The notes under the pieces are model-generated. The model ran no database searches, was not told the DNA's origin, and saw only the letters and a list, made by a program, of their open reading frames with translations. A stretch of 64,000 bases of DNA from a virus: the IMG/VR virus record IMGVR_UViG_3300004369_000643, positions 1 to 64,000 of that record, one strand, 5' to 3'. The position numbers were made by a program, and so were the translations under genes. Of the stretch, positions 26,704 through 36,606 are shown one piece after another (within the stretch, counting starts at the first letter, position 1; the number at the start of each line of letters is the position of its first letter).

Positions 26704-27075
26704 GTGGTGACCAAATCGGTCAGTTAGTGGTGACCAAATCGGTCAGTTACCTTTATATTTGATCCATCTGTCAATTAGTGCCAAAGTGGTCAGTATCCTT
26801 TCTCATACATAGGTACATCTATCGATGTGACCCTGTATGGTCAGTTAATCCGTCTATAAATGTCTAATTGGTCATATTTCCTCCTTAGCCTTATACTTTC
26901 CCCGACGGGCATAGATTCCTGTACGAAAGTGTTTGGTGCCTCCTATGTCCTGTCCCTTATGACGGGCATTATCTGTGAAAATGAAATACTTACATTAGAT
27001 GAATGGTGCGTATTGTCCCTCCATGAAAGTCGCTTATACTTTTCATGACGGGCAGTAAGTTCTGAAATGAAAGCC
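26704..27075. repeat. non-coding repeat cluster (TGACC-N5/7-GGTCA; GACGGGCA x3), candidate origin or operator array
   Basis: 23 bp tandem pair at 26704-26749 plus degenerate copies. Confidence 0.6.
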
Positions 27076-27178
27076 CATAAACAAAAAAAAATCTTGTTCC
27101 TCATACCAGAACCAACTGGCAGAAGAACAAGAAACGAAAGTACTTGATCGAAAAAATTTATGAGACTACAATAGACTT

Positions 27179-27385
27179 ATGACGATTAGAAACTCAGAAG
27201 AAGCCAGAATGGCTCTATACGATTATTTTGTAGACACGCTTGTTGATTTGTACGACCCTGAAGAGGGTGAGGAAAGAGAAACTCGTGACGATATGATGAA
27301 CGTGGTCAGCGTTTTATTTGAAGGATTGTCTCTTAATGCCGAGCAGTTAGACGATGGTACGATTAGATTTAGCGCTAGCCTTTAA
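27179..27385 (+). CDS. hypothetical protein
   Basis: leaderless after TACAAT. Confidence 0.6.
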   Translation: MTIRNSEEARMALYDYFVDTLVDLYDPEEGEERETRDDMMNVVSVLFEGLSLNAEQLDDGTIRFSASL

Positions 27386-27976
27386 TTGATGGTTTCTGTG
27401 TGAAGTGAAATGCTTCCTACACATAACCTGATACTCAACCACGTCGTCAGCATCAACTACTTCATCTGATCCTTCTATTTGAGGAGTACCCGCAATAAAT
27501 AGAGCGTTGTGCGTTGCTCGTTCACCGCACCAGCACCTCACCCCGTTATCTAGTTGGACGAGTCTGTCGCAAACTTCAATGAGTCTTTTGGTCGCAGAGA
27601 ACAGATTTCCTTTAAAGTTGGTTAACAAACCGTAGGCGTAAACTTCTATGCTTTTAAGGTCTGCCAGTTCAACGAGTTCTTCAACTTGGGAGACAGTCAA
27701 GAACTGTGATTCGTCTATGAATAGATATTTTAGTGATGTTTGGTTGTTATGGTTGTAGTTATCGACTAACGTAACTAATGAGTCATCTGTGTTTATTGAC
27801 ATCGATAATGTCATGCCTCCCATCCTACTAGAGCACACAGATGCTCCCATACGGTCGTTTCTGTTCACTAATAGAACTTGTGTCGGGAATGCCGCTTCAA
27901 TGTTGAAATGTGTTTGCAGTAGGTGCGTCGTTTTACCAGAAGCCATTGTTCCGGTAAGAAAAGTAATTCTAGACAT
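27347..27976 (-). CDS. tdk: thymidine kinase
   Basis: GTMASGKT, IDESQF, YGLLTNF, CWCG, YQVMCRKH. Confidence 0.9.
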   Translation of the reverse strand: MSRITFLTGTMASGKTTHLLQTHFNIEAAFPTQVLLVNRNDRMGASVCSSRMGGMTLSMSINTDDSLVTLVDNYNHNNQTSLKYLFIDESQFLTVSQVEELVELADLKSIEVYAYGLLTNFKGNLFSATKRLIEVCDRLVQLDNGVRCWCGERATHNALFIAGTPQIEGSDEVVDADDVVEYQVMCRKHFTSHRNHQLKASAKSNRTIV

Positions 27977-27977
27977 G

Positions 27978-28196
27978 TTACTGAGCCTGCGCAGAATTCC
28001 AAATTGCTGATCTGTCTGAACGGTAAACAGGAGATGTATCCTTAGGGCCGTTAGGCATACCCACAATACCGGGTGTTGTGAAAATCTTTTTAACAGAACT
28101 TTCGCAGGTTGGGCATTCCGTTAGACCGTCGTCCGTCATCTTTTGAAATATTTCAAACGTGCCACACTTGGGGCAAGAGTAATCATAATTGGGCAT
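27978..28196 (-). CDS. FmdB-family zinc-ribbon protein
   Basis: MPNYDYSCPKC...CPTC. Confidence 0.8.
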   Translation of the reverse strand: MPNYDYSCPKCGTFEIFQKMTDDGLTECPTCESSVKKIFTTPGIVGMPNGPKDTSPVYRSDRSAIWNSAQAQ

Positions 28197-28281
28197 ACTT
28201 CATATTATACCACGTTCCGTAAATCACGCAAGGGCTTTTCGTTGTACAATAAATGATAAGTGCTGTTTTTGTGGAGAAGAT

Positions 28282-30372
28282 ATGGGCAGGGGTAGACATT
28301 TTAAACGTGCGGCTAAAGCAGCACTAGTGGCAATTTTTACATTAGCGTGGTTTGCTCCTACTGTAAATGCATCTTCTTACACGGTCACCGAAGAGTCGGA
28401 ATGGACATTCAGCCTTAACGAAGCAAAAACCGTATACATCTATGGCAACTCCAACCGATCCTGTAACGAGCGTGGAGCCGACCCGTACCTGTGGTTGTAT
28501 GACAATGGGTCAGAATCAGACGGGTCAATAATCGCTGAGGACGATGACGGGAACCACAACTCAACTGATCAGTGTGTTTCCTCAAAAATTGTTGCAAACC
28601 TGAACGCAGGTGATTATTTGATTCGTGCCGGGTATTGCTGTAGTCAGCGAACACTGGGAACTAATCCGAGTGGCTACGACTATGAACTGGTCATTACAGA
28701 CGTTGAGTTGATTGGTGAAACACCACCCACAACGACAACTACAACAACTGTTCCGCAAACAATAGGAACACCAACAAACCTCACCCTGACCGTTGACTAC
28801 TACAACGGAACTGTTAACGCCGACTGGGATTCGCCAACCGATGGAACACTTGATCCCGAACGATACGCAATTGGATTCGGTCTCAACGATGAAGGAAATG
28901 CTGGGCCTTACGGAGTTGCTACCGGCAACGTGGGTGATGAAACCGCTCTAAACACGCAATATACATTTGATGCAGAATACTTAGAATTACTTTTTAACGA
29001 GGCTCATGGTTTATTCAATGTTATGATCAGATCGGACAACGACACGGAGTCTATGTACTCCTCTTGGACGCCTGTTCAGTCAACTACAATTATGAACATG
29101 CCCGACGTTGTTGACAATCAAACGTACGTGGTGGACAGTGCGACTGGGGATTTGACGTTTAGTTGGGACGCTTCTTCCGACGGGTTTGTGTATCCGTCTC
29201 ATTACCAAATCGCTTGGAACGACATCGGAAATATGTGGGAACTGGAAGACCAAGGTGCTATCTCTAGCACTGAGACTTTTTCTGAAACTCCTTACACAGT
29301 CGCATTTGAAGATATTGGTAGTGGTGTTAAATACTTTAATATTCTTGCGTGTGGCGCTGAAGGGAACTGTCATATTGGTGAAACAATGGAAATTCAAGTT
29401 TCAGAAGGCACTCCTCCGACGACAACGACTACAACCACCGTGCCACCTACTACAACTACGACTACAGCCACAACAACAACGACTACAACAACTACGACTA
29501 CCTTGCCACCGACAACGACCACAACCACAACCACTACAATACCTGTAACGACTACAACGGAGGTTACGCCATCAACAACTACTACAACGTCCACCACTTC
29601 TCCTCCAACTACAACCACCACTACATCATTGCCACCGACAACAACGTCATCGTCTACAACAAGCACAACTGCCCCGCCTGTCACAACACTACCCCCAACT
29701 ACAACCACTTCCACGACAACCACCACATCGTCAACTTCAACGACAACTACGACAGTAGCCCCAACTACGACTACAACAACGAGTACGACGATCCCGAGGA
29801 CGCCGCCTACAACAACCACCGTGCCGCCGACGCTAGCAGAAGAACGAGCGGCTGAAACCAAAGTAGAGTTTGATCAATTAGGTATTGAGACGGACGGCGT
29901 TAACTTAATTGAAGTCGATGAAGCAGAAGTTAAAATCGTTGAAGAACTAGACGAGTTAGACGAAGAACTAGCCGAAGAATTCTTGGATGTTGTTGACGGG
30001 GAAATTTCTGTCGAAGAAATTGAAAGTCTCATTACTGACGAAAACTTTGATCAGATTTCTGACGACGCTAAAGTTGTACTTGTTGCTGCTATTAACGAAG
30101 CAGACGATGAAGTAAAGGAAGAGTTTGAAAATGCGGTAGACATTTTCGATGACGAGGCGTATAACGAGTATGTTGCCGAAGGATCTACCGTTGATGTTGA
30201 AACACGTCGTACTGTTGTTGCTGCTGCCGCAGCCGTAACCGTGGCTACTGCTGCGGCGTCTGCTGGCCCTGCTGGTGGTGGCTCTTCGGGCGGTGGTGGC
30301 GGAGGCGGTTCTGGAGGGGACTCTGGCGGTAGTGATAAAAAGGGAAGTTCTAGAAGAAGAAAGTCTAGGTGA
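28282..30372 (+). CDS. secreted or membrane-anchored protein with FN3-like domains and Thr/Pro-rich mucin-like stalk
   Basis: signal peptide, ADPYLWLY...EDDDG, ~140 aa T/P/S tract, acidic region, Ala-rich segment and basic tail. Confidence 0.75.
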   Translation: MGRGRHFKRAAKAALVAIFTLAWFAPTVNASSYTVTEESEWTFSLNEAKTVYIYGNSNRSCNERGADPYLWLYDNGSESDGSIIAEDDDGNHNSTDQCVSSKIVANLNAGDYLIRAGYCCSQRTLGTNPSGYDYELVITDVELIGETPPTTTTTTTVPQTIGTPTNLTLTVDYYNGTVNADWDSPTDGTLDPERYAIGFGLNDEGNAGPYGVATGNVGDETALNTQYTFDAEYLELLFNEAHGLFNVMIRSDNDTESMYSSWTPVQSTTIMNMPDVVDNQTYVVDSATGDLTFSWDASSDGFVYPSHYQIAWNDIGNMWELEDQGAISSTETFSETPYTVAFEDIGSGVKYFNILACGAEGNCHIGETMEIQVSEGTPPTTTTTTTVPPTTTTTTATTTTTTTTTTTLPPTTTTTTTTTIPVTTTTEVTPSTTTTTSTTSPPTTTTTTSLPPTTTSSSTTSTTAPPVTTLPPTTTTSTTTTTSSTSTTTTTVAPTTTTTTSTTIPRTPPTTTTVPPTLAEERAAETKVEFDQLGIETDGVNLIEVDEAEVKIVEELDELDEELAEEFLDVVDGEISVEEIESLITDENFDQISDDAKVVLVAAINEADDEVKEEFENAVDIFDDEAYNEYVAEGSTVDVETRRTVVAAAAAVTVATAAASAGPAGGGSSGGGGGGGSGGDSGGSDKKGSSRRRKSR

Positions 30373-30383
30373 ATGGAGGCACC

Positions 30384-30608
30384 ATGAAAAATAAAATTAA
30401 ACTAGCAGTTGGAGCCGTCCGTCGAATGGGTAGAGAGATGCTTTACCTTGGATGGACATTAGCGGGTACGGGGTTGGTGCTAATCACACTTTCCTCAACC
30501 ACGTTAAAGCAAGGAATATATATTTCCTTCGCCGGTCTTGCACTACACCTGTTTGGTACTGTATTAGACTATGTAGATGATGAGAGAAGCGATGACAGCG
30601 ACGACTAA
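30384..30608 (+). CDS. small two-TM membrane protein
   Basis: hydrophobic segments. Confidence 0.7.
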   Translation: MKNKIKLAVGAVRRMGREMLYLGWTLAGTGLVLITLSSTTLKQGIYISFAGLALHLFGTVLDYVDDERSDDSDD

Positions 30609-30843
30609 ACTTATTTGGAATACTACCGGTAGAATTTTTGCCGTGTTCTTGATGAACGCCATGGCTATTATTGGTAGTTCAAGTCTTATTGGTGGTATTG
30701 AGCCGTGGAAGGCTGCTTTCCTTGCTGGGGCTACGGCGGCGGCAACGGTATTGCAGAAACTTGCAGCGGCTTATGCGGATGACGGTAAGATTACTACCGA
30801 TGAGATTGATTCTGCATTTAGTCTTTCCCAGAAGAAAAGTTAA
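30592..30843 (+). CDS. holin-like membrane protein
   Basis: 2 TM segments plus DDGKITTDEIDSAF tail. Confidence 0.6.
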   Translation: MTATTKLIWNTTGRIFAVFLMNAMAIIGSSSLIGGIEPWKAAFLAGATAAATVLQKLAAAYADDGKITTDEIDSAFSLSQKKS

Positions 30844-30945
30844 CTAAATTTTCTATAAAGGTTCATTCTTGGGTATATGCCCAGTATGGTACAATATTTA
30901 TGAGGCAAATAGCCTTGTAATTGTCCCCTAACAAGGAGAAAACAT

Positions 30946-31143
30946 ATGGATGTTAGCATCTATAAGCAGGTTGGTGAGCGTGCCCTCATGACATTCGCCC
31001 AGACATTTCTGGCTATGTTTGTCGTGGCGGATCTGAGTTCAGCGAAGGGTGCTGCTACTGCGGCACTTGCTTCGGCACTTTCAGTGGTGAAGTCATTTGC
31101 TGCTACAAAGGTTGGCGACAAGTCCACTGCTTCACTCGTCTGA
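30946..31143 (+). CDS. r1t-type holin
   Basis: ERALMTFAQT...A...SVVKS motif. Confidence 0.75.
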   Translation: MDVSIYKQVGERALMTFAQTFLAMFVVADLSSAKGAATAALASALSVVKSFAATKVGDKSTASLV

Positions 31144-31253
31144 GTTTAATATAGTATCGCTTGATTCAACTACAAGTGCTGCTGTAAACTAAGACTGTTG
31201 GGGGATAGCCTTTTGCTCCTTTTGTGACTATCCGCTAACGAGAAAACCCCCGG

Positions 31254-31559
31254 TCACGATTGTGACTGGGGGTTTTTCTGTTCCCTAGAGCGTTTAGCGG
31301 GAATATGCTTAAGTCTATCGGGCGTAATTGACCTCCACTGGCCATGGCCATGTGAGCCGCCCCACAAGTCGATCCACTCGCTTGCGGGATTAAGATTGGT
31401 GTTTACTACATGACGCTTGAACACAAACTTCCCTTGCTCGCCTTTGATTTTACACTCATCATCTTTGTTAAGTGTGATTTGAGCAGAGATTTGATATTCT
31501 TCGCTAATAACCCAGCCTTCAGGGGGGCCGATAGGTTGTGTTTTCCTTTTTCTAGCCAT
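31254..31559 (-). CDS. hypothetical actinophage protein
   Basis: KIKGEQGKFVF...EWID...WRS; SD. Confidence 0.7.
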   Translation of the reverse strand: MARKRKTQPIGPPEGWVISEEYQISAQITLNKDDECKIKGEQGKFVFKRHVVNTNLNPASEWIDLWGGSHGHGQWRSITPDRLKHIPAKRSREQKNPQSQS

Positions 31560-31608
31560 ATGTTGTTCCTCCTTTGTCTAGCAAGGATACTACATATGAT
31601 AGCGCCTG

Positions 31609-32583
31609 TCAAATCGTATCGTAAATCTTAGTCGCAATTTCTTCACGAACATCAACGTTTTCATCCAAATAGGCTTTAGTGTTTACACGGCCTTGACCAA
31701 TGTTTTCACCGTTGTACGCATACCAAGCACCCTTCTTGTCAAGAATACCCAAATTAACAGCGATATCCACGATATCTCCAGTTCGGCTGATTCCTTCACC
31801 GTAGGTAATTTCAAATTCTGCTTGTCGGAAAGGGGGAGCAACTTTGTTCTTTACAACTTTGACACGAGTCTTGTTTCCAGAAGCCTCTCCACCGTCTTTT
31901 AATGTTTCAATACGTCGAATGTCCATACGTACCGAAGCATAAAACTTCAGAGCCTTACCTCCGGTTGTTACTTCAGGCGAACCGAACATTACACCAATCT
32001 TTTCACGCAACTGGTTAATCATAATTAACGTTGTCTTTGAGTGGTTCAGGTTTGCGACAATTTTACGCATCGCCTGTGACATGAGTCGTGCGTGCAGCCC
32101 AACATGACTGTCTCCCATCTCACCTTCAATTTCTGCACGAGGGGTCAAAGCCGCAACTGAGTCAACCACGACAACATCAAGCGCACCTGATTCAATCAAC
32201 TTGTTTGTAATAGTTAGAGCCTGCTCACCTGTGTCGGGCTGTGATATTAACAAGTTGTCGATGTCACAACCAATCGCTTTAGCGTAGATAGGGTCAAGTG
32301 CGTGCTCTGCATCAATGAATGCACACTTACCGCCTTGCTTCTGAGCCGCTGCGATGACATGTAGAGCGATAGTGGTCTTTCCTGACGACTCAGGGCCATA
32401 GATTTCGGTCACTCTTCCACGAGGCAGACCGCCAACGCCCAAAGCGATGTCAAGAGCAATTGAGCCGGTTGAGATTGTTTCTACATTCATTGATGCGTTG
32501 TCCCCAAGGCGCATGATTGAGCCTGTACCAAACTGCTTTTCAATTTGGCTGATTGCGTCTTCTAAGAGTTTTTCTTTATCCAT
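31609..32583 (-). CDS. recA: recombinase A
   Basis: [33 protein letters not shown]. Confidence 0.98.
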   Translation of the reverse strand: MDKEKLLEDAISQIEKQFGTGSIMRLGDNASMNVETISTGSIALDIALGVGGLPRGRVTEIYGPESSGKTTIALHVIAAAQKQGGKCAFIDAEHALDPIYAKAIGCDIDNLLISQPDTGEQALTITNKLIESGALDVVVVDSVAALTPRAEIEGEMGDSHVGLHARLMSQAMRKIVANLNHSKTTLIMINQLREKIGVMFGSPEVTTGGKALKFYASVRMDIRRIETLKDGGEASGNKTRVKVVKNKVAPPFRQAEFEITYGEGISRTGDIVDIAVNLGILDKKGAWYAYNGENIGQGRVNTKAYLDENVDVREEIATKIYDTI

Positions 32584-32639
32584 GTGTGTATTCTACGGTT
32601 TCGGTGGAACTAAGTCAAGTGAGCAGGTAGAATAAAATC

Positions 32640-32996
32640 ATGAGTAAACGTGGGCCTAAGCGTGTTGTGACTAATGCTGTTAAAGTCGGTGACTACGGTA
32701 AAACTGTGTGGCATGTAGAGTTGGAATGTTTTCACACTTTAGAAACTAAGCGAAAACCTAAAGTTAATGAAGATAAACTTTGTTGTAAGGTCTGTGCCGC
32801 TCCTTTGCCCCCTGTAGATAAAGATATGTTTATAGATGCCGGGACTTGGGTTGATTATGACCCTATGGATGAGTTGAAAGTTAGGGCTACACTTGCGTCG
32901 AAGGTTGGCGTACCGTTGGATCAGGTTGAAATTGTTAATGGTACTGCGACCGTGTTTATTGATGCTCAACAACTGCAGCGGCTGACTGGCTCCTGA
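32640..32996 (+). CDS. hypothetical protein
   Basis: leaderless; LECFH...CKVC. Confidence 0.65.
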   Translation: MSKRGPKRVVTNAVKVGDYGKTVWHVELECFHTLETKRKPKVNEDKLCCKVCAAPLPPVDKDMFIDAGTWVDYDPMDELKVRATLASKVGVPLDQVEIVNGTATVFIDAQQLQRLTGS

Positions 32997-33010
32997 TTTT
33001 AGGCATGAAT

Positions 33011-33060
33011 GTCCCTCCCTTTCGTGTGGTAGTTGACGCTAACTCACGAGAGGGAGGGAC
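33011..33060. terminator. long stem-loop
   Basis: GTCCCTCCCT...AGGGAGGGAC. Confidence 0.6.
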
Positions 33061-33541
33061 GAACCCTTAAGCATTATTCAAATCTGTTCACTTCATGAAC
33101 CCCAAACACCGCCTATTTTTTCAGCGATGCCCACTCTCCCTAGATATGGCTCTAGTAGCCCGTGTGCCGGAACCGCATGGGCGTTTGCATGTCCCGAACC
33201 TGTTCCTCAAGGCTTGATGGTCTTCGTGCAGTGACTGGCATCTCGTCAAAGATGTTGTTCCAGTGTATCGTGTGATTCATATCGTTCCTCTGTGGGCAGG
33301 CGTGCCCTAGTGTGTTTTCAAAGTACCAGTTGCGTAACGAGTGTAACCCTCCGGTTCTTCAGTGAACGTTTATGTCATCGGGATTTCCCGGTTTCGGTCT
33401 GTTGGTGGTTTGCTCCTTTGCTAGTAGTTTGCCTGTATGCTACTTGTTTCTGTGCTGTACGTCAAGGGATGTTTTGCCTTGTTTCCTTGACGGTTGACAG
33501 GTAGGATATCACAAGCATGATATTTACACATAAGGAGATTT

Positions 33542-33766
33542 ATGATTAAACTTTCCAGCCCGGAATGGTTCAAAGATGCGCCGTGTCGGGGTAATGACCG
33601 TACTTTCTTTTCCAGTAAGCCGTCAAAGCGGAAGAGCGCTATCGATGTGTGCTCTGGATGTTCTAGTGCATCTAAGTGTTTGGATTACGCAGTATCCAAT
33701 CAGATAACTATTGGTGTTTGGGGCGGAAAGACCGGCCCTGAATTAGACAGGCTAGTTAATTCATGA
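33542..33766 (+). CDS. whiB: WhiB-family transcription factor
   Basis: four Cys (C...CxxC-x5-C) and GVWGG. Confidence 0.9.
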   Translation: MIKLSSPEWFKDAPCRGNDRTFFSSKPSKRKSAIDVCSGCSSASKCLDYAVSNQITIGVWGGKTGPELDRLVNS

Positions 33767-34155
33767 TCTATGATTGGGATAATGAGTTTGAGAAGGATGT
33801 GTTAGCGGTTGTTAAACGTGGTCAGATTGAAGTAACATTTTTGACTGCTCCACGGGCTTCCATTAACGGTGAAGATTATGATTTAGTTATGTGGAAGAAG
33901 AAGGAGATGCAGATTGTGGTTGCTCAAGAGTATTTGGATGATCATGTGGATGAGGAGATTGCATCTGAGGTTGCTGCTGCGGTTAGAGAAAGTTACGATT
34001 CTGATGAGCCAGCAAACGTTCGTGAAACGGCTATACGACTGTTAGCGCACAAACTTGATTATATTATGAACGATGTGATATTTAACCATTCCGATAATCC
34101 TGATGAGTTGAGTTTTGAGTCTGCTTTGGAGCGCTTATTGGATGATGAGGCTTGA
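33763..34155 (+). CDS. hypothetical protein
   Basis: ORF track, ATGA coupling. Confidence 0.7.
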   Translation: MIYDWDNEFEKDVLAVVKRGQIEVTFLTAPRASINGEDYDLVMWKKKEMQIVVAQEYLDDHVDEEIASEVAAAVRESYDSDEPANVRETAIRLLAHKLDYIMNDVIFNHSDNPDELSFESALERLLDDEA

Positions 34156-34210
34156 CCTGTTACGATAACTTAGGTATCATAGAGGTAGTACTATTTATTA
34201 AGGAGATATA

Positions 34211-34729
34211 ATGTCTGTGTTAGAGAACCCTACTGAAGCCTTAAAGTCGGTTTATACTGCGCTTCGGTCGTTTGAGTCTGATCTGCAAGAGATGGACTCT
34301 TCTTCAAATTTGAGTTATGCTTCGGTTGAGGAAACTTTGCAGTTGGCTAGTGATATGCATATGATCAAGTCGTACACTGCTGAACTGTTCAATGAACTTC
34401 AGTCAATGATTACTAACCATTTAAGTCACTTGCCTGCGCCTGTTGCTGTAGATGGTGCTACGGTAGAAATTAAGTCTGGTTCCCCTCGCAAGACGTGGGA
34501 TCATCAGTCTATTATTAATGATGTCAGTAAACGTATTGTTGATAGTAGTGTTGATTTGAATACCGGAGAGGTGGTAAAGACACCTACAGAAATGATTAAA
34601 GAAGCGTTACAGTTCGCCGGTATCTCGTATTGGAAGGTAACCAAGTTGAAGGAACTTCATTTGGATGCTGATGAGTATTGCGAAGTCGGGGAAGCGAAGA
34701 AACAACTAGTTATTAGGAGAGATAAGTGA
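34211..34729 (+). CDS. hypothetical protein in recombination module
   Basis: ORF track, AAGGAG SD. Confidence 0.75.
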   Translation: MSVLENPTEALKSVYTALRSFESDLQEMDSSSNLSYASVEETLQLASDMHMIKSYTAELFNELQSMITNHLSHLPAPVAVDGATVEIKSGSPRKTWDHQSIINDVSKRIVDSSVDLNTGEVVKTPTEMIKEALQFAGISYWKVTKLKELHLDADEYCEVGEAKKQLVIRRDK

Positions 34730-35376
34730 GTAATATTTTGCAAGCGTTGTCAGAGCCTTTTGACCCTTCGGTTGAACGGCAGTTGAAGAAGGGCGGTACT
34801 AGTTTAACGTACATCCCTATCAGCGAGGTTATTACTCGCTTGAATCGTGTATTGGGTGTTGACATGTGGTCGTATGAGATTGTTTCGTGTAATCGTGACG
34901 ATCTTGATCCCGATTTCGTTGTTGCTCATGTTCGGTTGACTGCCACGTTTGTTCCTACCAACGAAGCACCTTCTATTACGGTAGTAAAAGACGGTATTGG
35001 TGGTCAAAAGATTAAGCGTACTAAGAATGGTGATATTGTTGATCTTGGTGACGAAATGAAAGGTGCTGTTTCGGATGCTTTGAAGAAGGCGGCACAGCAC
35101 TTAGGTGTAGGCATTTACTTGGCTCGCTCAGAAGAGGCTATTTACTTAGAGCAGGCTGAGGAAGAGGCAGATCAACCTATTAGTGAAGAGCACTTTTCTA
35201 AGTTGCGAGATATTCTCAATTCCCTTGGTGATGATACTGCATCAGCAAAGGAGCATTGGGATACAATTTCTGATGGTAAAGCATTTGAGCGTGTTAATGT
35301 GACACGTGACCTGCTTCAGCAGATGCTTATTTTTGCTAAGGAATGTCAGAATCCTGAGGAGAGCGATGCAGGATAG
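34726..35376 (+). CDS. Rad52/Rad22-like ssDNA annealing protein
   Basis: LTYI...VITRLNRVLG...W, KGAVSDALKKAA..LGVG.YL. Confidence 0.85.
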   Translation: MSNILQALSEPFDPSVERQLKKGGTSLTYIPISEVITRLNRVLGVDMWSYEIVSCNRDDLDPDFVVAHVRLTATFVPTNEAPSITVVKDGIGGQKIKRTKNGDIVDLGDEMKGAVSDALKKAAQHLGVGIYLARSEEAIYLEQAEEEADQPISEEHFSKLRDILNSLGDDTASAKEHWDTISDGKAFERVNVTRDLLQQMLIFAKECQNPEESDAG

Positions 35377-36157
35377 TCTTGACTTAGGGCCTATGCCTTA
35401 CGACTACCCCAAGTATATGTCTCCTAGTTCTATCGGAACTTTTCAGCAGTGCCCACTAAAGTTTAAGTATTCACGGCTAGACAAACTACCTACCGAGTCT
35501 ACAGAAGCACAGCATCTTGGCTCTTTTGTTCACGAGGTTCTTGAAGAACTATTTGCGTATCCTCGTGAAGATCGTAGCGAGGCTACTGCTCGCAAGTTGG
35601 CTCGTGACTTGTGGAATAATAAATGGTCGGCAGAGTTCCACGCTCTTAAAGAAAAGTGTGATGAGAATGAGTTTCGCTGGAAGGCGTGGTGGTGCATTGA
35701 GAACTACTTCAGTATGGAAGACCCCACATCTTTTGATGCTACAGGTATTGAAGCGAAGATGGACGGCGATATTGATGGTGTACCTATCTTTGGTATTATT
35801 GACCGATATACGGTTGAAGATGGCAAGTTAGTTATCTCTGACTACAAGACAGGCAAGAAGCCTCGCCCCCAGTACGAGTGGGAAAAGAAGATGCAGATTA
35901 CAATTTATAGCATTCTTTTAAAAGAGCAGACCGGTATGGACATTGAACGTGCGGAGTTACTTTACGTCAAGTCTGGTCAGTTTGCGAAATACACTGTTGA
36001 TGAGGAATTAGAAACTGCTGTTCGTGTTGAGGTCAGGAATACGTGGGATGAAGTTAAGTCGATGTGCGACTCTGGCGTGTTTGAAACAAGAACCGGGCCT
36101 TTGTGTAACTGGTGTGACTTCAAGTCTATTTGTCCAGAATTTGGAGCCAATCGATGA
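35366..36157 (+). CDS. RecB-family / Cas4-like PD-(D/E)XK exonuclease with Fe-S cysteines
   Basis: SPSS...QCP, GIIDR, DYKTG, Q..IY, CNWC...CP. Confidence 0.9.
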   Translation: MQDSLDLGPMPYDYPKYMSPSSIGTFQQCPLKFKYSRLDKLPTESTEAQHLGSFVHEVLEELFAYPREDRSEATARKLARDLWNNKWSAEFHALKEKCDENEFRWKAWWCIENYFSMEDPTSFDATGIEAKMDGDIDGVPIFGIIDRYTVEDGKLVISDYKTGKKPRPQYEWEKKMQITIYSILLKEQTGMDIERAELLYVKSGQFAKYTVDEELETAVRVEVRNTWDEVKSMCDSGVFETRTGPLCNWCDFKSICPEFGANR

Positions 36158-36606
36158 ATGAAACATTTGAGTTATTGGTTTCCGAGGATGTTAAAAACAA
36201 ACTTGATCAGCACGATAAAGAGTTATTGCGATTACCTGAAAATAGGCTTCAATGGCGTAATTGTCTGTTGACTATAATTGATACTGTTAACAAAAAAATT
36301 GACAGTCTTCAAGAAGAGATTAGTCGGCTCAGGGAGACATACTCTGGGTTCGTAACCGATCCAGCGGCAGGTTTAGATGAGCAAAAAGATAAGGCTATTC
36401 GTTTCAGGTTTTACGCAGAAAAGCGTTTGGCTGAGGTAGATAGATTGTTGGCATTAGGTGATGAAGTAGACCCATCCATATCATTAGCCACTTTTCTACG
36501 AGATGCTATTATTTCGCATCGAAAGTGGAATGAAGACAATGGTGTTCAGTTATCTGAAGGTGACGAATGTTTGTATGCGGCTCTTGATGGAGAATGGAAG
36601 TTCTAG
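36154..36606 (+). CDS. hypothetical protein
   Basis: ORF track. Confidence 0.7.
   Translation: MNETFELLVSEDVKNKLDQHDKELLRLPENRLQWRNCLLTIIDTVNKKIDSLQEEISRLRETYSGFVTDPAAGLDEQKDKAIRFRFYAEKRLAEVDRLLALGDEVDPSISLATFLRDAIISHRKWNEDNGVQLSEGDECLYAALDGEWKF

Noticed and set aside
29394-29861. Val-rich antisense ORF / DNA microsatellite
   Set aside because: Mirror of ACN Thr codons of the mucin-like stalk; synonymous variation shows the repeat is at protein level.
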